Assembly (NCBI GenBank): GCA_965277805.1
Contig: OZ255842.1
Location: forward strand, 2,080,001-2,144,000
Length of the DNA: 64,000 bases
Reading direction: 5' to 3'
Origin: Candidatus Lustribacter sp.
GTDB lineage: Bacteria > Vulcanimicrobiota > Vulcanimicrobiia > Vulcanimicrobiales > Vulcanimicrobiaceae
Made by a program: the position numbers and the translations under genes. The notes under the pieces are model-generated. The model did no database searches, had not been told where the DNA came from, and saw only the letters and a list, made by a program, of their open reading frames with translations. Below, piece after piece: positions 1 through 9,998 of the stretch; the first letter of the stretch is position 1, and every line of letters starts with the position of its first letter.

Positions 1-46
1 CTACGACGCCTACCGCGCAGCGCAGCTGAAAGCGGGCGTCACGTGA
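1..46 (+). CDS. 3' end of an upstream gene (partial, unidentified)
   Basis: Open frame YDAYRAAQLKAGVT ending TGA at 44-46, overlapping the GTG of the next gene (GTGA coupling). Confidence 0.5.
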   Translation, partial: YDAYRAAQLKAGVT

Positions 47-510
47 TCGTCACCGAGCAAGTCATCGCGATAGAACCGCTGACCGTGCGCCGGCGCGTGC
101 GGTTCGGTGAGTGCGATCCGGCCGGCGTCGCATACACCGCGCGCTTTTCGGAGTACGTCGTCTCGGCGATGGACCTATTCTTTCAAGAACTGGTCGGCGG
201 CCCGTTCCCCGACCGCTTCCCCGGCATCGACACGCCGATCAAAGCGCTGGCGTTCGTGTTCGCGGCACCGCTGCGCCCCAACGACGAGTTCGACATGGTT
301 GTCACGGCCGGAGACATTCGAGAGCACAGCTTCGACCTGCACATCACGGCCACGCGCAGCGACGGCATCCTCGCGTTCACCGCCTCGGTGACGCCGATCT
401 GCATCGACCCAGCCGACCGCCGCCGTGTCGGCATCCCCGCTCCCGTGCGCGCCGCGCTCGAGAGCCACCAACGAACAGGAACGGCGAATGGCTCCTCGCT
501 TCCCCATTGA
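43..510 (+). CDS. Acyl-CoA thioesterase, hotdog fold (4HBT/YbgC-like)
   Basis: VRFGECDPAGVAYTARF motif typical of 4HBT-type thioesterases; coupled to a CoA/AMP ligase. Confidence 0.85.
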   Translation: MIVTEQVIAIEPLTVRRRVRFGECDPAGVAYTARFSEYVVSAMDLFFQELVGGPFPDRFPGIDTPIKALAFVFAAPLRPNDEFDMVVTAGDIREHSFDLHITATRSDGILAFTASVTPICIDPADRRRVGIPAPVRAALESHQRTGTANGSSLPH

Positions 511-2161
511 CGGTGTCCGCTTTCGGCCGAGCACCGAGGTCGAAACGTACTTCGCGAACGGCTCTTGGGTGCGCGCGACCGCCGGCGACTTACTGCGCGC
601 CGCTGGGCATGACGTGCCCGAGAAAACCGCCGTCATCGGCGACGACGGCACGCTGAGCTTCGGCGAGCTCGATCGCCGATCGGAATCGGTCGCTGCGGCG
701 CTGATCGAAAGCGGGTTGCGCCCCGGCGATCGGGCACTCTTTCAGGTCGGCTCTAACAGCGCGATCTTCATTGCCCTCTACGGCTGCTTCAAGGCCGGCG
801 TGGTGCCGGTTTGCTCGCTGCCGCAATTTCGCGAGATCGAGATCGGCCAACTCGCCGAGCGCACGCGACCGGCGGCATACGTCGTTCAAGCCGACGTGCA
901 CCCGTCGTTCGATCAAGCGGCGTTTGCGCGGCGCATGCAAGCGGCGCACGGCATCAGGCAACTCATCATCGTCAACGGCCTCGCGCAACCGGGTGAGTAC
1001 GAGCTCGATGCGATGTCCGAACGCTTCGACGTCGCGGCCGCGCGCGCGATCGTCGCGCCATGGGACCCAAATCCCGAAGATCTGATTCAGCTTCAGCTTT
1101 CGGGCGGCTCGACCGGTTTGCCGAAAGTCATACCGAAATTCCACGGAGAGTATCTCGCCTCGACCAAGGCCCTCGGCGACCGCTTCGGCGTGGGCGAGGA
1201 CGATGTCATGCTGTGGGCCCTGCCGCTCATTCACAACGCCGGCATGCTTTATGTCATCATGCCGGCCTGCGTCTTTCGCCGCACGGCGGTCGTCCAGTCG
1301 CGTTTCGAGATTCGCAGCTTCCTCGCGGCGATCGGCACGCATCGCGTGACCTTCAGCGGCAGCATCGGCCCGATCGCCGCGCGCATACTCGAGATCGACG
1401 ACATCGCGAACTACGACCTCTCGAGTCTGCGTCAGTTTTTCGCGCTCAATCAAGCCGACGCGGTCCAAGCGCACACCGGCGTTCCGGCCAGCAACATGTT
1501 CGGGATCACCGAAGGGATGTATTGCGTGTCCGCGTTGACCGATCCGATCTCGGCACGCCACGACACCGTCGGCTACCCGATCGACGCGGCCAACGAGATT
1601 CGCCTCGTCTCCGAGAACGGCGAAGAGGTACCGACGGGCGCCGTCGGCGAGCTGACGTTCCGCGGCCCGCATATTCTGACCGGGTACTTCAACGATCCCG
1701 CAGCGGACGCGGCGTGCTTCACGCCCGACGGCTGGTTCAAGACCGGTGACCTCATGTTCGCAACGGAACTCGAAGGCACACTGCGCTACGCGTTCGCCGG
1801 CCGGCTCAAGGACAACATCAACCGCGGTGGCGAGAAATTCGGCGCCGAGGAAGTGGAGACGCTGATCGCCCGCCATCCGGCGATTGCCGATGCTCGCGTC
1901 GTCGCGATGCCGGACAAGCACCTCGGCGAGCGCGCGTGCGCGTACCTGATCCTCCTGCCGGGCAAGAGCGCGCCTAAGCTGGGCGAGCTAGGCGAGTTTC
2001 TTCTGGCCTTCGGGTTAGCCAAATACAAGCTTCCCGAACGTCTCGAGATCATGGATGAGTTTCCGCTCACTCGCGTCGGCAAAGTCGACAAGGCGGCGCT
2101 GCGAGCGATGATCGCCGGGAAGCTCGCCTCAGAAACACCATGCGAAGGAGCACTTTCGTGA
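488..2161 (+). CDS. AMP-dependent aryl-acid ligase (DhbE/EntE-like adenylate-forming enzyme)
   Basis: QLSGGSTGLPKVIP AMP-binding loop, GWFKTGD, GRLKDNINRGGEK, LTRVGKVDK; start placed at ATG 488. Confidence 0.9.
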   Translation: MAPRFPIDGVRFRPSTEVETYFANGSWVRATAGDLLRAAGHDVPEKTAVIGDDGTLSFGELDRRSESVAAALIESGLRPGDRALFQVGSNSAIFIALYGCFKAGVVPVCSLPQFREIEIGQLAERTRPAAYVVQADVHPSFDQAAFARRMQAAHGIRQLIIVNGLAQPGEYELDAMSERFDVAAARAIVAPWDPNPEDLIQLQLSGGSTGLPKVIPKFHGEYLASTKALGDRFGVGEDDVMLWALPLIHNAGMLYVIMPACVFRRTAVVQSRFEIRSFLAAIGTHRVTFSGSIGPIAARILEIDDIANYDLSSLRQFFALNQADAVQAHTGVPASNMFGITEGMYCVSALTDPISARHDTVGYPIDAANEIRLVSENGEEVPTGAVGELTFRGPHILTGYFNDPAADAACFTPDGWFKTGDLMFATELEGTLRYAFAGRLKDNINRGGEKFGAEEVETLIARHPAIADARVVAMPDKHLGERACAYLILLPGKSAPKLGELGEFLLAFGLAKYKLPERLEIMDEFPLTRVGKVDKAALRAMIAGKLASETPCEGALS

Positions 2162-2757
2162 ACGCCACCGATCGCTTGACGCTACACGGCGTCCACCACA
2201 CCGCGTTTCCGACCTGGAAGCCAAAGACGACAGTCGAGTTCTACCGCGATACGCTCGGCTTGCCGATCAGGCACGCGATTACGGCCAAAGGCTGGGGCCG
2301 CAAGAATGAAACGCATCCCGATTTCCTGCACTTTTTCTTCGAGACCGGCGAGGAAAACATGCTCGCGTTCTTTTACTACATCGGAACCGAGCCCAATCCG
2401 GCGCTGACCGCGTTGCGCGGCTACCTTGCGCTCTCACGCCACACGGCGTGGGCTGCCAAAGACGTCGACGAGCTGCACCGCTGGCGCGACCGCATCGCGG
2501 CGGCCGGCGTGCGCGTTAGCGAAGCGATCGAACACGAGATTCTCCACTCGATCTATTTCCGCGATCCCAACGGCTACGACATGGAAATCACGATCCAGCT
2601 GCGGCCGCTCACCGCGCGTGACACGCGCGACGCGGAGTTGAGCGTGCAGGCGATGCTCGAAGTTTTCGGCGACGACAACCCGAGCGGGGCGACGATCAAC
2701 GACTTCTGGCAGCGTAAAGGACAGCTCGTCCGCGCACAGAGCGGGCTCGCACAATGA
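2158..2757 (+). CDS. VOC/glyoxalase family protein
   Basis: GVHHTAF, HTAW, SIYFRDPNGYDMEIT metal-binding pattern; GTG at 2158 overlaps the previous TGA. Confidence 0.85.
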   Translation: MNATDRLTLHGVHHTAFPTWKPKTTVEFYRDTLGLPIRHAITAKGWGRKNETHPDFLHFFFETGEENMLAFFYYIGTEPNPALTALRGYLALSRHTAWAAKDVDELHRWRDRIAAAGVRVSEAIEHEILHSIYFRDPNGYDMEITIQLRPLTARDTRDAELSVQAMLEVFGDDNPSGATINDFWQRKGQLVRAQSGLAQ

Positions 2758-3908
2758 GGCGCTTCGCTGCGCTCCTGGGGCTGTTTGCGCTCGTCGCCGC
2801 CGGACCGCAAACGCCGTACGAGATCAATGTGCTCGTCCCCGTCACCGGTGCGGGGGCGTTTCTCGGCAGCTCGTACGAGCAGTCGCTGCAGGCGCTGGAG
2901 AGCACGGTCAATGCCAGTGGCGGCCTGCGCGGCCGCCCGGTGAAGTTCGTGGTCAACGACTCGGCAACGACCGGTCAAGTCGGTTTGCAAATCGTCAACG
3001 GACTGATCGGCAAACATGTTACGCTTTTCATCGACGGTGGCCCGAGCCCGGTCTGCAATGCGACGATTCCGATCGTGCAAGCGGCCGGTCCGCTCGACTA
3101 TTGCCTCTCGCCAGTCATTGCGCCAACGCCGCACAGCTACGTGTTCTCCGCCGGCGCTTCGGCCAACGACCTCGCCGCGGTGGCCGTACGCTACCTGCGC
3201 GCGAAGGGTCTTAAGCGCTTGGCGATGCTGACGACGACCGACTCCACCGGGCAGGCGTACGAACGCGCGATCGGGACGGCACTTGCGTTGCATGAGAACC
3301 GGGACGTCCACCTTCTCGTAAGCGAACATTTCAATCCGGCGGACCTTTCGGTAGCGGCGCAACTCGCGCGCATTCAAGCCGCGAAGCCGTCGGCACTGAT
3401 GCTGTGGGCAACGGGAACGCCGCTGGGCACGGCACTCCACGGGTTCAAAGACACCGGACTCGAGATTCCGGTCCTCACGAGCAACTCGAACATGACCTAC
3501 GCCCAGATGAAGAGCTACGCCGGCGAGTTGCCGCGCGACTTCTGGTTCACGTCGCTGCGCGGTTTGTTGCCGGAAGACACGGCGGCCGGCCCGTTGCGCA
3601 GCGCACAAACCGTCTACGTCCACGCCTTTGAGAAACTGCACGTACGACCGGACATCGGCCATAGCCTGATCTGGGATCCGGCCATGGTGTTCGTTGACGC
3701 GCTACGCCACGTCGGCACTGACGCAACGGCCGCGCAACTGCATGACTACATCGAAAGCCTGCACTCATGGGTCGGCACCAACGGCGTGTACGATTTCGCT
3801 GCCGGCGATCAGCGCGGACTCGGCGATGGGTCGATCGTCGTGGCGCGCTGGGATGTGGCCAAAGACACCTGGGTGCAGATCAGCGCACCGAAGGGCGCCC
3901 TTCGTTGA
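2754..3908 (+). CDS. ABC substrate-binding protein, branched-chain amino acid (PBP1/LivJ) family
   Basis: Signal peptide; PVTGAGAFLG, VNASGGLRGRPVKFVVND; ATGA coupling. Confidence 0.85.
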   Translation: MRRFAALLGLFALVAAGPQTPYEINVLVPVTGAGAFLGSSYEQSLQALESTVNASGGLRGRPVKFVVNDSATTGQVGLQIVNGLIGKHVTLFIDGGPSPVCNATIPIVQAAGPLDYCLSPVIAPTPHSYVFSAGASANDLAAVAVRYLRAKGLKRLAMLTTTDSTGQAYERAIGTALALHENRDVHLLVSEHFNPADLSVAAQLARIQAAKPSALMLWATGTPLGTALHGFKDTGLEIPVLTSNSNMTYAQMKSYAGELPRDFWFTSLRGLLPEDTAAGPLRSAQTVYVHAFEKLHVRPDIGHSLIWDPAMVFVDALRHVGTDATAAQLHDYIESLHSWVGTNGVYDFAAGDQRGLGDGSIVVARWDVAKDTWVQISAPKGALR

Positions 3909-4597
3909 ACCGGCCGCGCAAGATGCGCCGGGAGCTCGTGGAGAACGAGCTTCTCGAGCGTGCGGCCGAACTCTTCGGCACGCGCGGCTTCAACGGCACG
4001 ACGCTGCAAGACGTCGCCGACACGGTCGGCCTCACACGTGCGACGTTCTATCACTACTTCGACAGTAAGGAAGCGCTCCTGGCGGCACTGGTCGAGGACA
4101 TTGCGGTCGCGCGGGCCACGGAGATCAAAGGGATCCGCTCAAATCCCTCGCTTTCTGCGGCCATCAAACTGGCTGCGGTGACGCGCATGATGGTGCTCAA
4201 CGTGACGAGCCAAGCAGCCCGCTTCCGGTTGCTGTTGCAAACGGAGAACGAGCTTCCGCCCGACCTGGCAACGAAGTACGCGCGTGGGCGGCGCGAAACG
4301 CTTAAGGAACTGGTCGCGCTCTTCGAAGAGGGCTTCCGCTCGGGCGATTTGCGCCCGATGGAGCCGCACCTCGCGGCGTTCGCACTGCTGGGTATGTGCA
4401 ATTGGACCGCGTGGTGGTTCAACCCCGAACACCAATCGGCCGAGGCGGTCGCCGATCAGTTCAGCGAAACGGCGTTGGCCGCCTATGCTCTGCCGCAGGG
4501 CGCGGCGCGACAGGGCGGCGGTATAGGCGATTCGATTCAACGCATGCGCGATGAGCTCGCCCAGCTCGAGCGTTTGACTCAAACGGAGAAGTCCTGA
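3905..4597 (+). CDS. TetR/AcrR family regulator (KstR2-like)
   Basis: AAELFGTRGFNGTTLQDVADTVGLTRATFYHYFDSKE HTH; LGMCNWTAWWF; start TTG 3905 or ATG 3923. Confidence 0.9.
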   Translation: MNRPRKMRRELVENELLERAAELFGTRGFNGTTLQDVADTVGLTRATFYHYFDSKEALLAALVEDIAVARATEIKGIRSNPSLSAAIKLAAVTRMMVLNVTSQAARFRLLLQTENELPPDLATKYARGRRETLKELVALFEEGFRSGDLRPMEPHLAAFALLGMCNWTAWWFNPEHQSAEAVADQFSETALAAYALPQGAARQGGGIGDSIQRMRDELAQLERLTQTEKS

Positions 4598-4842
4598 TGA
4601 CGTGTTCCATTTGCGTATTGCGCGTGCCCGAATTCGACGCGATAGCGCGGGAACTCGCGAAGCTTGGCGGCGTGTCTCTGGCCGAACGCGGCGATTACCT
4701 GATCGCCGAAGCCCACGGCGAGATCGCACTCGAGCGCTCCGCGACCGGTGTCGGCCAGGCGGTATGGTTCGGCGCCCTGACCGGGGGCATGAGCGGCACG
4801 GTGCTGGAGTTCAGCGCAGAGCTCTTGCGCGTCGCGCCATGA
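4597..4842 (+). CDS. Small hypothetical protein (81 aa)
   Basis: Start and stop both overlap neighbouring genes (TGATG, ATGA); codon use matches the operon. Confidence 0.7.
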   Translation: MTCSICVLRVPEFDAIARELAKLGGVSLAERGDYLIAEAHGEIALERSATGVGQAVWFGALTGGMSGTVLEFSAELLRVAP

Positions 4843-5762
4843 TTGACGTTCACCACCATTTCGAGCCAAGCGGCCGCAACGTCGACGGCACGCCCTGGTC
4901 GATTACCGCGGCGGTCGACGAGTTGGACCGTAACGGCATCGCCACGGCCATCGCATACGCCGGGCCGGTCTTTGAAGAGGGCACAAAAGGCGCCGAGGAT
5001 GCGCGCGCGATGAACGAGTGGGCCACCGCCCTGTGCCGCGCGCATCCGGGACGCTTCGGTCTCTTCGCGTCGATTCCGATGAACGATGCCGACCGTGCGC
5101 TCGGAGAGATCACCTACGCACTCGACGTCTTGCACGCCGACGGCATCGGCATCTCGACGCACTATGGCGAGCAGGGTTTGGGTGAAGCGCGCTTTCAGCC
5201 GATTTTCGAAGAGCTCGATCGCCGTGGCGCCGTCGTGTACGTTCACCCGGCCGGTGCGCCGTGCGAATCGCCCGTGACGCCGGTCTACGAAAATCCGCTT
5301 ATCTCGGCGCCCTGGATCGAGTTTCCAGCCAACACCGCGCGAACAATGTTGAGCCTGTGGTCGACGCAGACGACGCGCCGGCTGCGGAGCGTGAAGTTCA
5401 TCTTCTGCCATGGCGGGGGCGTCATGCCGATCTTGCTCGGCCGCATCGCCGGTTTCCAGAATTGGGCTAACGTCGGCGAGGCGAAACTGCACGAGCTTTT
5501 TCCCGACGGTATCTACGCCGAGTACGCAAAGTTTTACCTCGACTGCGCGCAAGCCTATGCACCTGAAACCTTCGCGCTGCTCCGCTCGATCGTCCCCGCG
5601 ACCCGTCTGCTGTACGGCTCCGACTATAGCTACTTCCCGATCGCGCATAGCGTGGAGCAATTCATGCGACTAGACCTACCCGACGCCGACCGGCACCTGG
5701 TGCGCGGCGGGAACGCCTCGACGCTCTTTTCTCGCTTTGCTCCGCCTGCGGAGGCACCGTGA
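4839..5762 (+). CDS. Amidohydrolase-2 family protein (ACMSD/LigW-like decarboxylase or hydratase)
   Basis: IDVHHH, VYVHP, CHGGG, LYGSDY motifs; ATG 4839. Confidence 0.9.
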   Translation: MIDVHHHFEPSGRNVDGTPWSITAAVDELDRNGIATAIAYAGPVFEEGTKGAEDARAMNEWATALCRAHPGRFGLFASIPMNDADRALGEITYALDVLHADGIGISTHYGEQGLGEARFQPIFEELDRRGAVVYVHPAGAPCESPVTPVYENPLISAPWIEFPANTARTMLSLWSTQTTRRLRSVKFIFCHGGGVMPILLGRIAGFQNWANVGEAKLHELFPDGIYAEYAKFYLDCAQAYAPETFALLRSIVPATRLLYGSDYSYFPIAHSVEQFMRLDLPDADRHLVRGGNASTLFSRFAPPAEAP

Positions 5763-6473
5763 ATGGTTCACCCGACCGCGGGCGCCGGCCACCGGATCGA
5801 TCGGTCTAGCCCAATGACTGAGTCGCGGCCGCAGCCAATTGGCGCCGGCGAACGCCTCGCGTTCCTAGGCGTGACCATCGTGAATACAACCGATGGTACC
5901 TCGCAGAACGACATGCTCGTGTCCGTTGAAAACGGGAAGATCGATGCCATTACACCGGCGCCCAGGTTTGTGGCGGACCGTTCGACCCGGGTCATCGACG
6001 CACGCGGCAAATTTATGATTCCTGGCTACAACGATCTGCATGCCCACCCGCTGGGCTCGAGTGACCCCGAAGGCAGTCTTACGCTCTTGCTGGCCAACGG
6101 CGTCACGGGCTTTCGTGAGATGGGCGCGTGGAATGATATGCTTGAGCGGCGCCGCGCGGGGACGTTAATATCATGCACGGCGCCGGAACTGCTCGAGCTC
6201 GCCGGCGAGGGCATCAATCCCGGCAGTGTTTCAACGCCCGAAGCCGCTGCGGCAGCCGTCCAGAGCCAAATTCGCCGCGGCGCTGATTTAATTAAGCTCC
6301 TCGACTATACTCCGGCCATTTTCGACGCCATCGTTGCCGAGTGCAAGCATGTCAACATGCGCTTTATGGTCATCTCTCGCCGACGGTTGACGTGCGCAAA
6401 GCGGCGCGCATGGGTATGTCCACCATACGGGACGCACGTAATTGTCAGCCGCCCGCCGGGATCGCATCGATGA
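5763..6473 (+). pseudogene. Truncated, frameshifted amidohydrolase (Amidohydro_1 N-terminal part)
   Basis: IDARGKFMIPGYNDLHAH and LLANGVTGFREMG present; after ~6365 the plausible sequence continues in a shifted frame (GHLSPTVDVRKAARMGMSTI, 6368-6427) and the C-terminal half is absent. Confidence 0.7.
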
Positions 6474-6495
6474 TTGACCGAAACCCACAGCGGCG

Positions 6496-7092
6496 ATGAA
6501 AGCAGTGCGTGATAGCGAACTCCTCATCCCGGATGGGGTTGTTTCTTACTACGAGCAAGTCAAAGGCAAACCGTACGATGCCACGTCCGTACGGCTCTTA
6601 TTTTTGGTGCGTGCCCTCGCTCAGCGGATCAATGACATTTCGGCAATCTGGCTTGAGCCGTTCGGACTGACGCCGTTATCTTACAATGTGCTCGCACGGT
6701 TGCTCGCGACGCCCGGGAATGCGATAACGCTCAGCACGCTTAGCCGCTCGCTTCACACGCGAGCAGCGACAATTACGTCTCTGATCAATGCACTCGAGCG
6801 AGAGAGTCTCGTGCGCCGGGTCGCGCACTCGACCGACGGACGCGCGACCCTCGCCAAGTTGACCGCAGCAGGTCGGCGCGTCGCCGAAAAGGCTACTGAC
6901 ACGCAGCACCGCCACATACTCGAAGCACTTCAAACTCTGCGCCCCCGCCACCGCGAGTTTGCGCTCGAGATACTCCTTGAGATTGGCAATGCATTAGGAA
7001 CCGAACAGAAGCGCCTGCGCGGCGATCGGCGACCGCCTTCGAGCCGCAAGGCTCTCACTGGTCGCCGTGGTGCCAAAGCCAACGACTTTTGA
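6496..7092 (+). CDS. MarR family regulator
   Basis: ATITSLINALERESLVRRVAHSTDGRATLAKLTAAGR winged helix. Confidence 0.9.
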   Translation: MKAVRDSELLIPDGVVSYYEQVKGKPYDATSVRLLFLVRALAQRINDISAIWLEPFGLTPLSYNVLARLLATPGNAITLSTLSRSLHTRAATITSLINALERESLVRRVAHSTDGRATLAKLTAAGRRVAEKATDTQHRHILEALQTLRPRHREFALEILLEIGNALGTEQKRLRGDRRPPSSRKALTGRRGAKANDF

Positions 7093-7117
7093 CGCACGCC
7101 GCTCCCGCAACCGGGCG

Positions 7118-8038
7118 CTATTTCGGGGGCTTCGTGCTACTCAGAAAGGCTTCGATCTTGGCCGTCACAATTTCGGGCTTCTCGAGGTTAGTATAATGGC
7201 CGGCATCCGCGACCCATTCCAAGCGCGCATCCGCAAAGAGCGCGACTCCGGGGTTAACCGGATCGTCGTAATAGAACCGCGGCTGGCCATCATCTTTATC
7301 GCCTTGCAGCAGCAACACGGGAAACTTCATGCGCGGAATGAGCCGGCTCGTGCGATCCAGTCGCTCCTTCTCGAAGGACGAAGATTGAAAGTAGCGGATT
7401 ACGGCGTGCTCAAGACCTGGATAGCTCATCTCCATCTTGAAACGCTCGAGTTGCTCCGGTGGCACGGGATTCTTCAGCATCTTCAGTAGGCGGTATTCGA
7501 AGTAAAAATCCGGATCACCATAAATTGCCGGGCCGAAAATAGGATCAGCAAAATACGTCGCTTGCGGCGAGTTGTCCGCGCGCCAGATGTGCAGGATCTG
7601 TTGCATGCGCACATATCGTAAGACGCGCTCAGGGTGATTGCCGCTAAGGTAATCCGCAAGCACCGCACCACGATCATGCGCGACGATGTTGAAGCGTTTC
7701 AAGCCGAGCGTGTCGAGCAGCGCCAGCATCTCTTCCGCGACATTCTCCCAGCGCCAATCGCCGGGGCGCTTGTCACCTTGGCCATAGCCCTTCAGATCGA
7801 CGGCAATAATGTGAAACCGATTGGCGAACGCTTCGATCTGCCGATGCCAGGAATACCAACTCTCCGGATTGCCGTGCAAAAAGAGGATCGTTTCGTTCTT
7901 TCGGTCTCCGGCCTCGACATAGTGCCAGCGGATTGGAATCACGGCACCCGGCGCTTCAATGAAGTGGTGAACTACCGCAACGTCATTACTAACTTGTTCG
8001 ACTTGGCCTTCGACGTTCGGAACGACGCTACGCTTCAA
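7118..8038 (-). CDS. Alpha/beta hydrolase, epoxide hydrolase/dehalogenase-like
   Basis: FLHGNPESWYSW, DLKGYG, AHDRGA (Asp nucleophile), AGHY; start probably TTG 8038. Confidence 0.85.
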   Translation of the reverse strand: MKRSVVPNVEGQVEQVSNDVAVVHHFIEAPGAVIPIRWHYVEAGDRKNETILFLHGNPESWYSWHRQIEAFANRFHIIAVDLKGYGQGDKRPGDWRWENVAEEMLALLDTLGLKRFNIVAHDRGAVLADYLSGNHPERVLRYVRMQQILHIWRADNSPQATYFADPIFGPAIYGDPDFYFEYRLLKMLKNPVPPEQLERFKMEMSYPGLEHAVIRYFQSSSFEKERLDRTSRLIPRMKFPVLLLQGDKDDGQPRFYYDDPVNPGVALFADARLEWVADAGHYTNLEKPEIVTAKIEAFLSSTKPPK

Positions 8039-8054
8039 TCGGGATCCATGCTTC

Positions 8055-8942
8055 CTAGTTGACGGCAGCGGCCGGTTCGACGACCGGGGCGACGGCCTTT
8101 GCGTGCACGCGCATTGTGCCGATACGCTCGATCGTTGCGACGATCGTATCGCCCGGTTCAACGGGGCCGACGCCCGCCGGCGTTCCTGTCATGATCACGT
8201 CACCAGGATACAGCGTGTGGAACTCCGAGGCCCAGGCGATGAGTTCCTGGACGTTCATAATCAGATGCCGCGTGTTCGATTGCTGGCGGCACTCGCCATT
8301 CACAAAAAGTTCGATAGCTAACGCGTTCGGATCAACGATTTCATCGGCGGTTACGAGCCAGGGTCCAAGGACGCCGTAGCCGTCGACGGACTTGCGGAAG
8401 CTTCGATCTTCCTTGCCGCGCGGAGTCATATCGAGCGCCACGGCATACCCGGCTACATAATCCAATGCGGATTCAACGCGCACACGGTCCGCGGTCTTCC
8501 CGATAACGACCCCGAGCTCGAGTTCGTGGTCCGTCCGGCGATCAGGAAAGCGCAGCGAGACACCGTCACCAGGGCCGACCAACGATGATGACGCTTTCAG
8601 GAACAATCCGGCCTGCTGGATGCGCGCTAAAGCGTGCGGAAAAGCCGCAAGATTACTTTGCGCCTCATCGAGATGTGACTCGTAGTTGACGGGCGCACCG
8701 ATGATCTTCGTCGGATTTGCGACCACGCTCGCGAACGAAGCGGCGTCGGCCGGCCCAATTTCGCTCAACGTCGGCGTCGCGTCGATCGCTCTGACTACTG
8801 TATCGAGCTGCGCGATGAGCTGATCGGCCCGCGGATACGGCCACGATTGCGACTCGAGAACCGCGAGCGCTTCGCTTGCATCGTAGCATTTGCCGTCGCG
8901 AACGACAACGAGTTCCCCCGAGGTCAAGCGCCCGATGCGCAT
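8055..8942 (-). CDS. Fumarylacetoacetate hydrolase family protein
   Basis: NYESH, FLKASSS, DHELELGVVIGK, PGDVIMTGTPAGVG; ATG 8942. Confidence 0.92.
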   Translation of the reverse strand: MRIGRLTSGELVVVRDGKCYDASEALAVLESQSWPYPRADQLIAQLDTVVRAIDATPTLSEIGPADAASFASVVANPTKIIGAPVNYESHLDEAQSNLAAFPHALARIQQAGLFLKASSSLVGPGDGVSLRFPDRRTDHELELGVVIGKTADRVRVESALDYVAGYAVALDMTPRGKEDRSFRKSVDGYGVLGPWLVTADEIVDPNALAIELFVNGECRQQSNTRHLIMNVQELIAWASEFHTLYPGDVIMTGTPAGVGPVEPGDTIVATIERIGTMRVHAKAVAPVVEPAAAVN

Positions 8943-8943
8943 A

Positions 8944-9894
8944 TTAGGTTGGCTCCTCCGTGCGATAGACATCGAGCGCACGCATGAGCGGCACATCGTC
9001 GTAGCGCATGAGGTAGGCGGTCTCAGCGCCGGCGTTAACATGCGAAAACGAATGCCATGACGGGACGACGAACGTGTCGCGCGCTTTCCATTCGATCGTC
9101 TGATCGCCGATCGTCGACGAGCCCGACCCCTTGACCACGTGATAGATCGAACTTGCGGTTTCGCGCCGGACGGGCGAAGCGTGCCCCACGGCGGCTCGCT
9201 CGGCTTGCGCGCCCATCGTGCGTGATACCGACGCCCCCGTCTCGCGATGACGGTATTCGCGGGTGGCAAAAGCGGCAGGATCCGAATCGAGTTCACGCTG
9301 CATCTCGGCCCAAGGATAGATGAGTGCAGACTCCGCGGCGCGCGGTACTGACGGGTATTGCTCAGCCGAGAAAAAACGGGTGAAGTGGACTGGCAACCAC
9401 TGATAGAGGGGAACATCCAGTCCGTCGAGCCATACCATCGGCGTTTCGGACTCGTTACCGTGATCGTGGAATTGCATCGACGGCGTGAGGACGAGGTCGC
9501 CGGGCCGCATATCGAAGCGTTCTCCCCCGACGCCGGTGTATGCAACGTCACCTTCAATGATGAAACGCATAGCGAAGGCCGTATGCTTGTGGGCGCGCGC
9601 GATCTCACCGGGCAGGATAAGTTGCAACCCGGCGTAGATCGTGTCGGTGGTAAACGGCAGCCGGTTGATTCCGGGATTCAGCAGCATCGCCACTCGTCGC
9701 TCGGCGTCCGCCGTGCTCACGAGCTCCCCGGATCGTTCGAGGAGCGGGCGCATGTCCGTATACTTCCACAGGCACGGTACGGCAACGGCGGCGGGTTCGC
9801 GGCGATTCACTTGATTGATATTGGTCCAAAGCGCGCCGGAGTTGTGGAGGCGCAGGTCCTCGTACAGAGACTCGAGGCCATCGGTTGTGATCAT
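8944..9894 (-). CDS. Gentisate 1,2-dioxygenase-like bicupin
   Basis: AERRVAMLLNPG, YAGLQLILPGEIARAHKH, HDHGN, WLDGLDVP; ATG 9894. Confidence 0.9.
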   Translation of the reverse strand: MITTDGLESLYEDLRLHNSGALWTNINQVNRREPAAVAVPCLWKYTDMRPLLERSGELVSTADAERRVAMLLNPGINRLPFTTDTIYAGLQLILPGEIARAHKHTAFAMRFIIEGDVAYTGVGGERFDMRPGDLVLTPSMQFHDHGNESETPMVWLDGLDVPLYQWLPVHFTRFFSAEQYPSVPRAAESALIYPWAEMQRELDSDPAAFATREYRHRETGASVSRTMGAQAERAAVGHASPVRRETASSIYHVVKGSGSSTIGDQTIEWKARDTFVVPSWHSFSHVNAGAETAYLMRYDDVPLMRALDVYRTEEPT

Positions 9895-9998
9895 GTCGCG
9901 CTCCCGTGCTGAAGGAAAATATTTACGCTTCGTACCAATTACCATCATAATGCCCGGTAAAAGGCTCGTCAAGCCCATGTTGTCAGGGGGATAATGCC

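Noticed and set aside
590-1921. Long alternative-frame or antisense ORFs (also 2574..3662, 23489..24529, 42075..43424, 46051..47211)
   Set aside because: They overlap motif-bearing genes and are Arg/Ala-rich with no family signature
488-2161. Siderophore/NRPS cluster
   Set aside because: No carrier, condensation or isochorismate genes in view; context is catabolic
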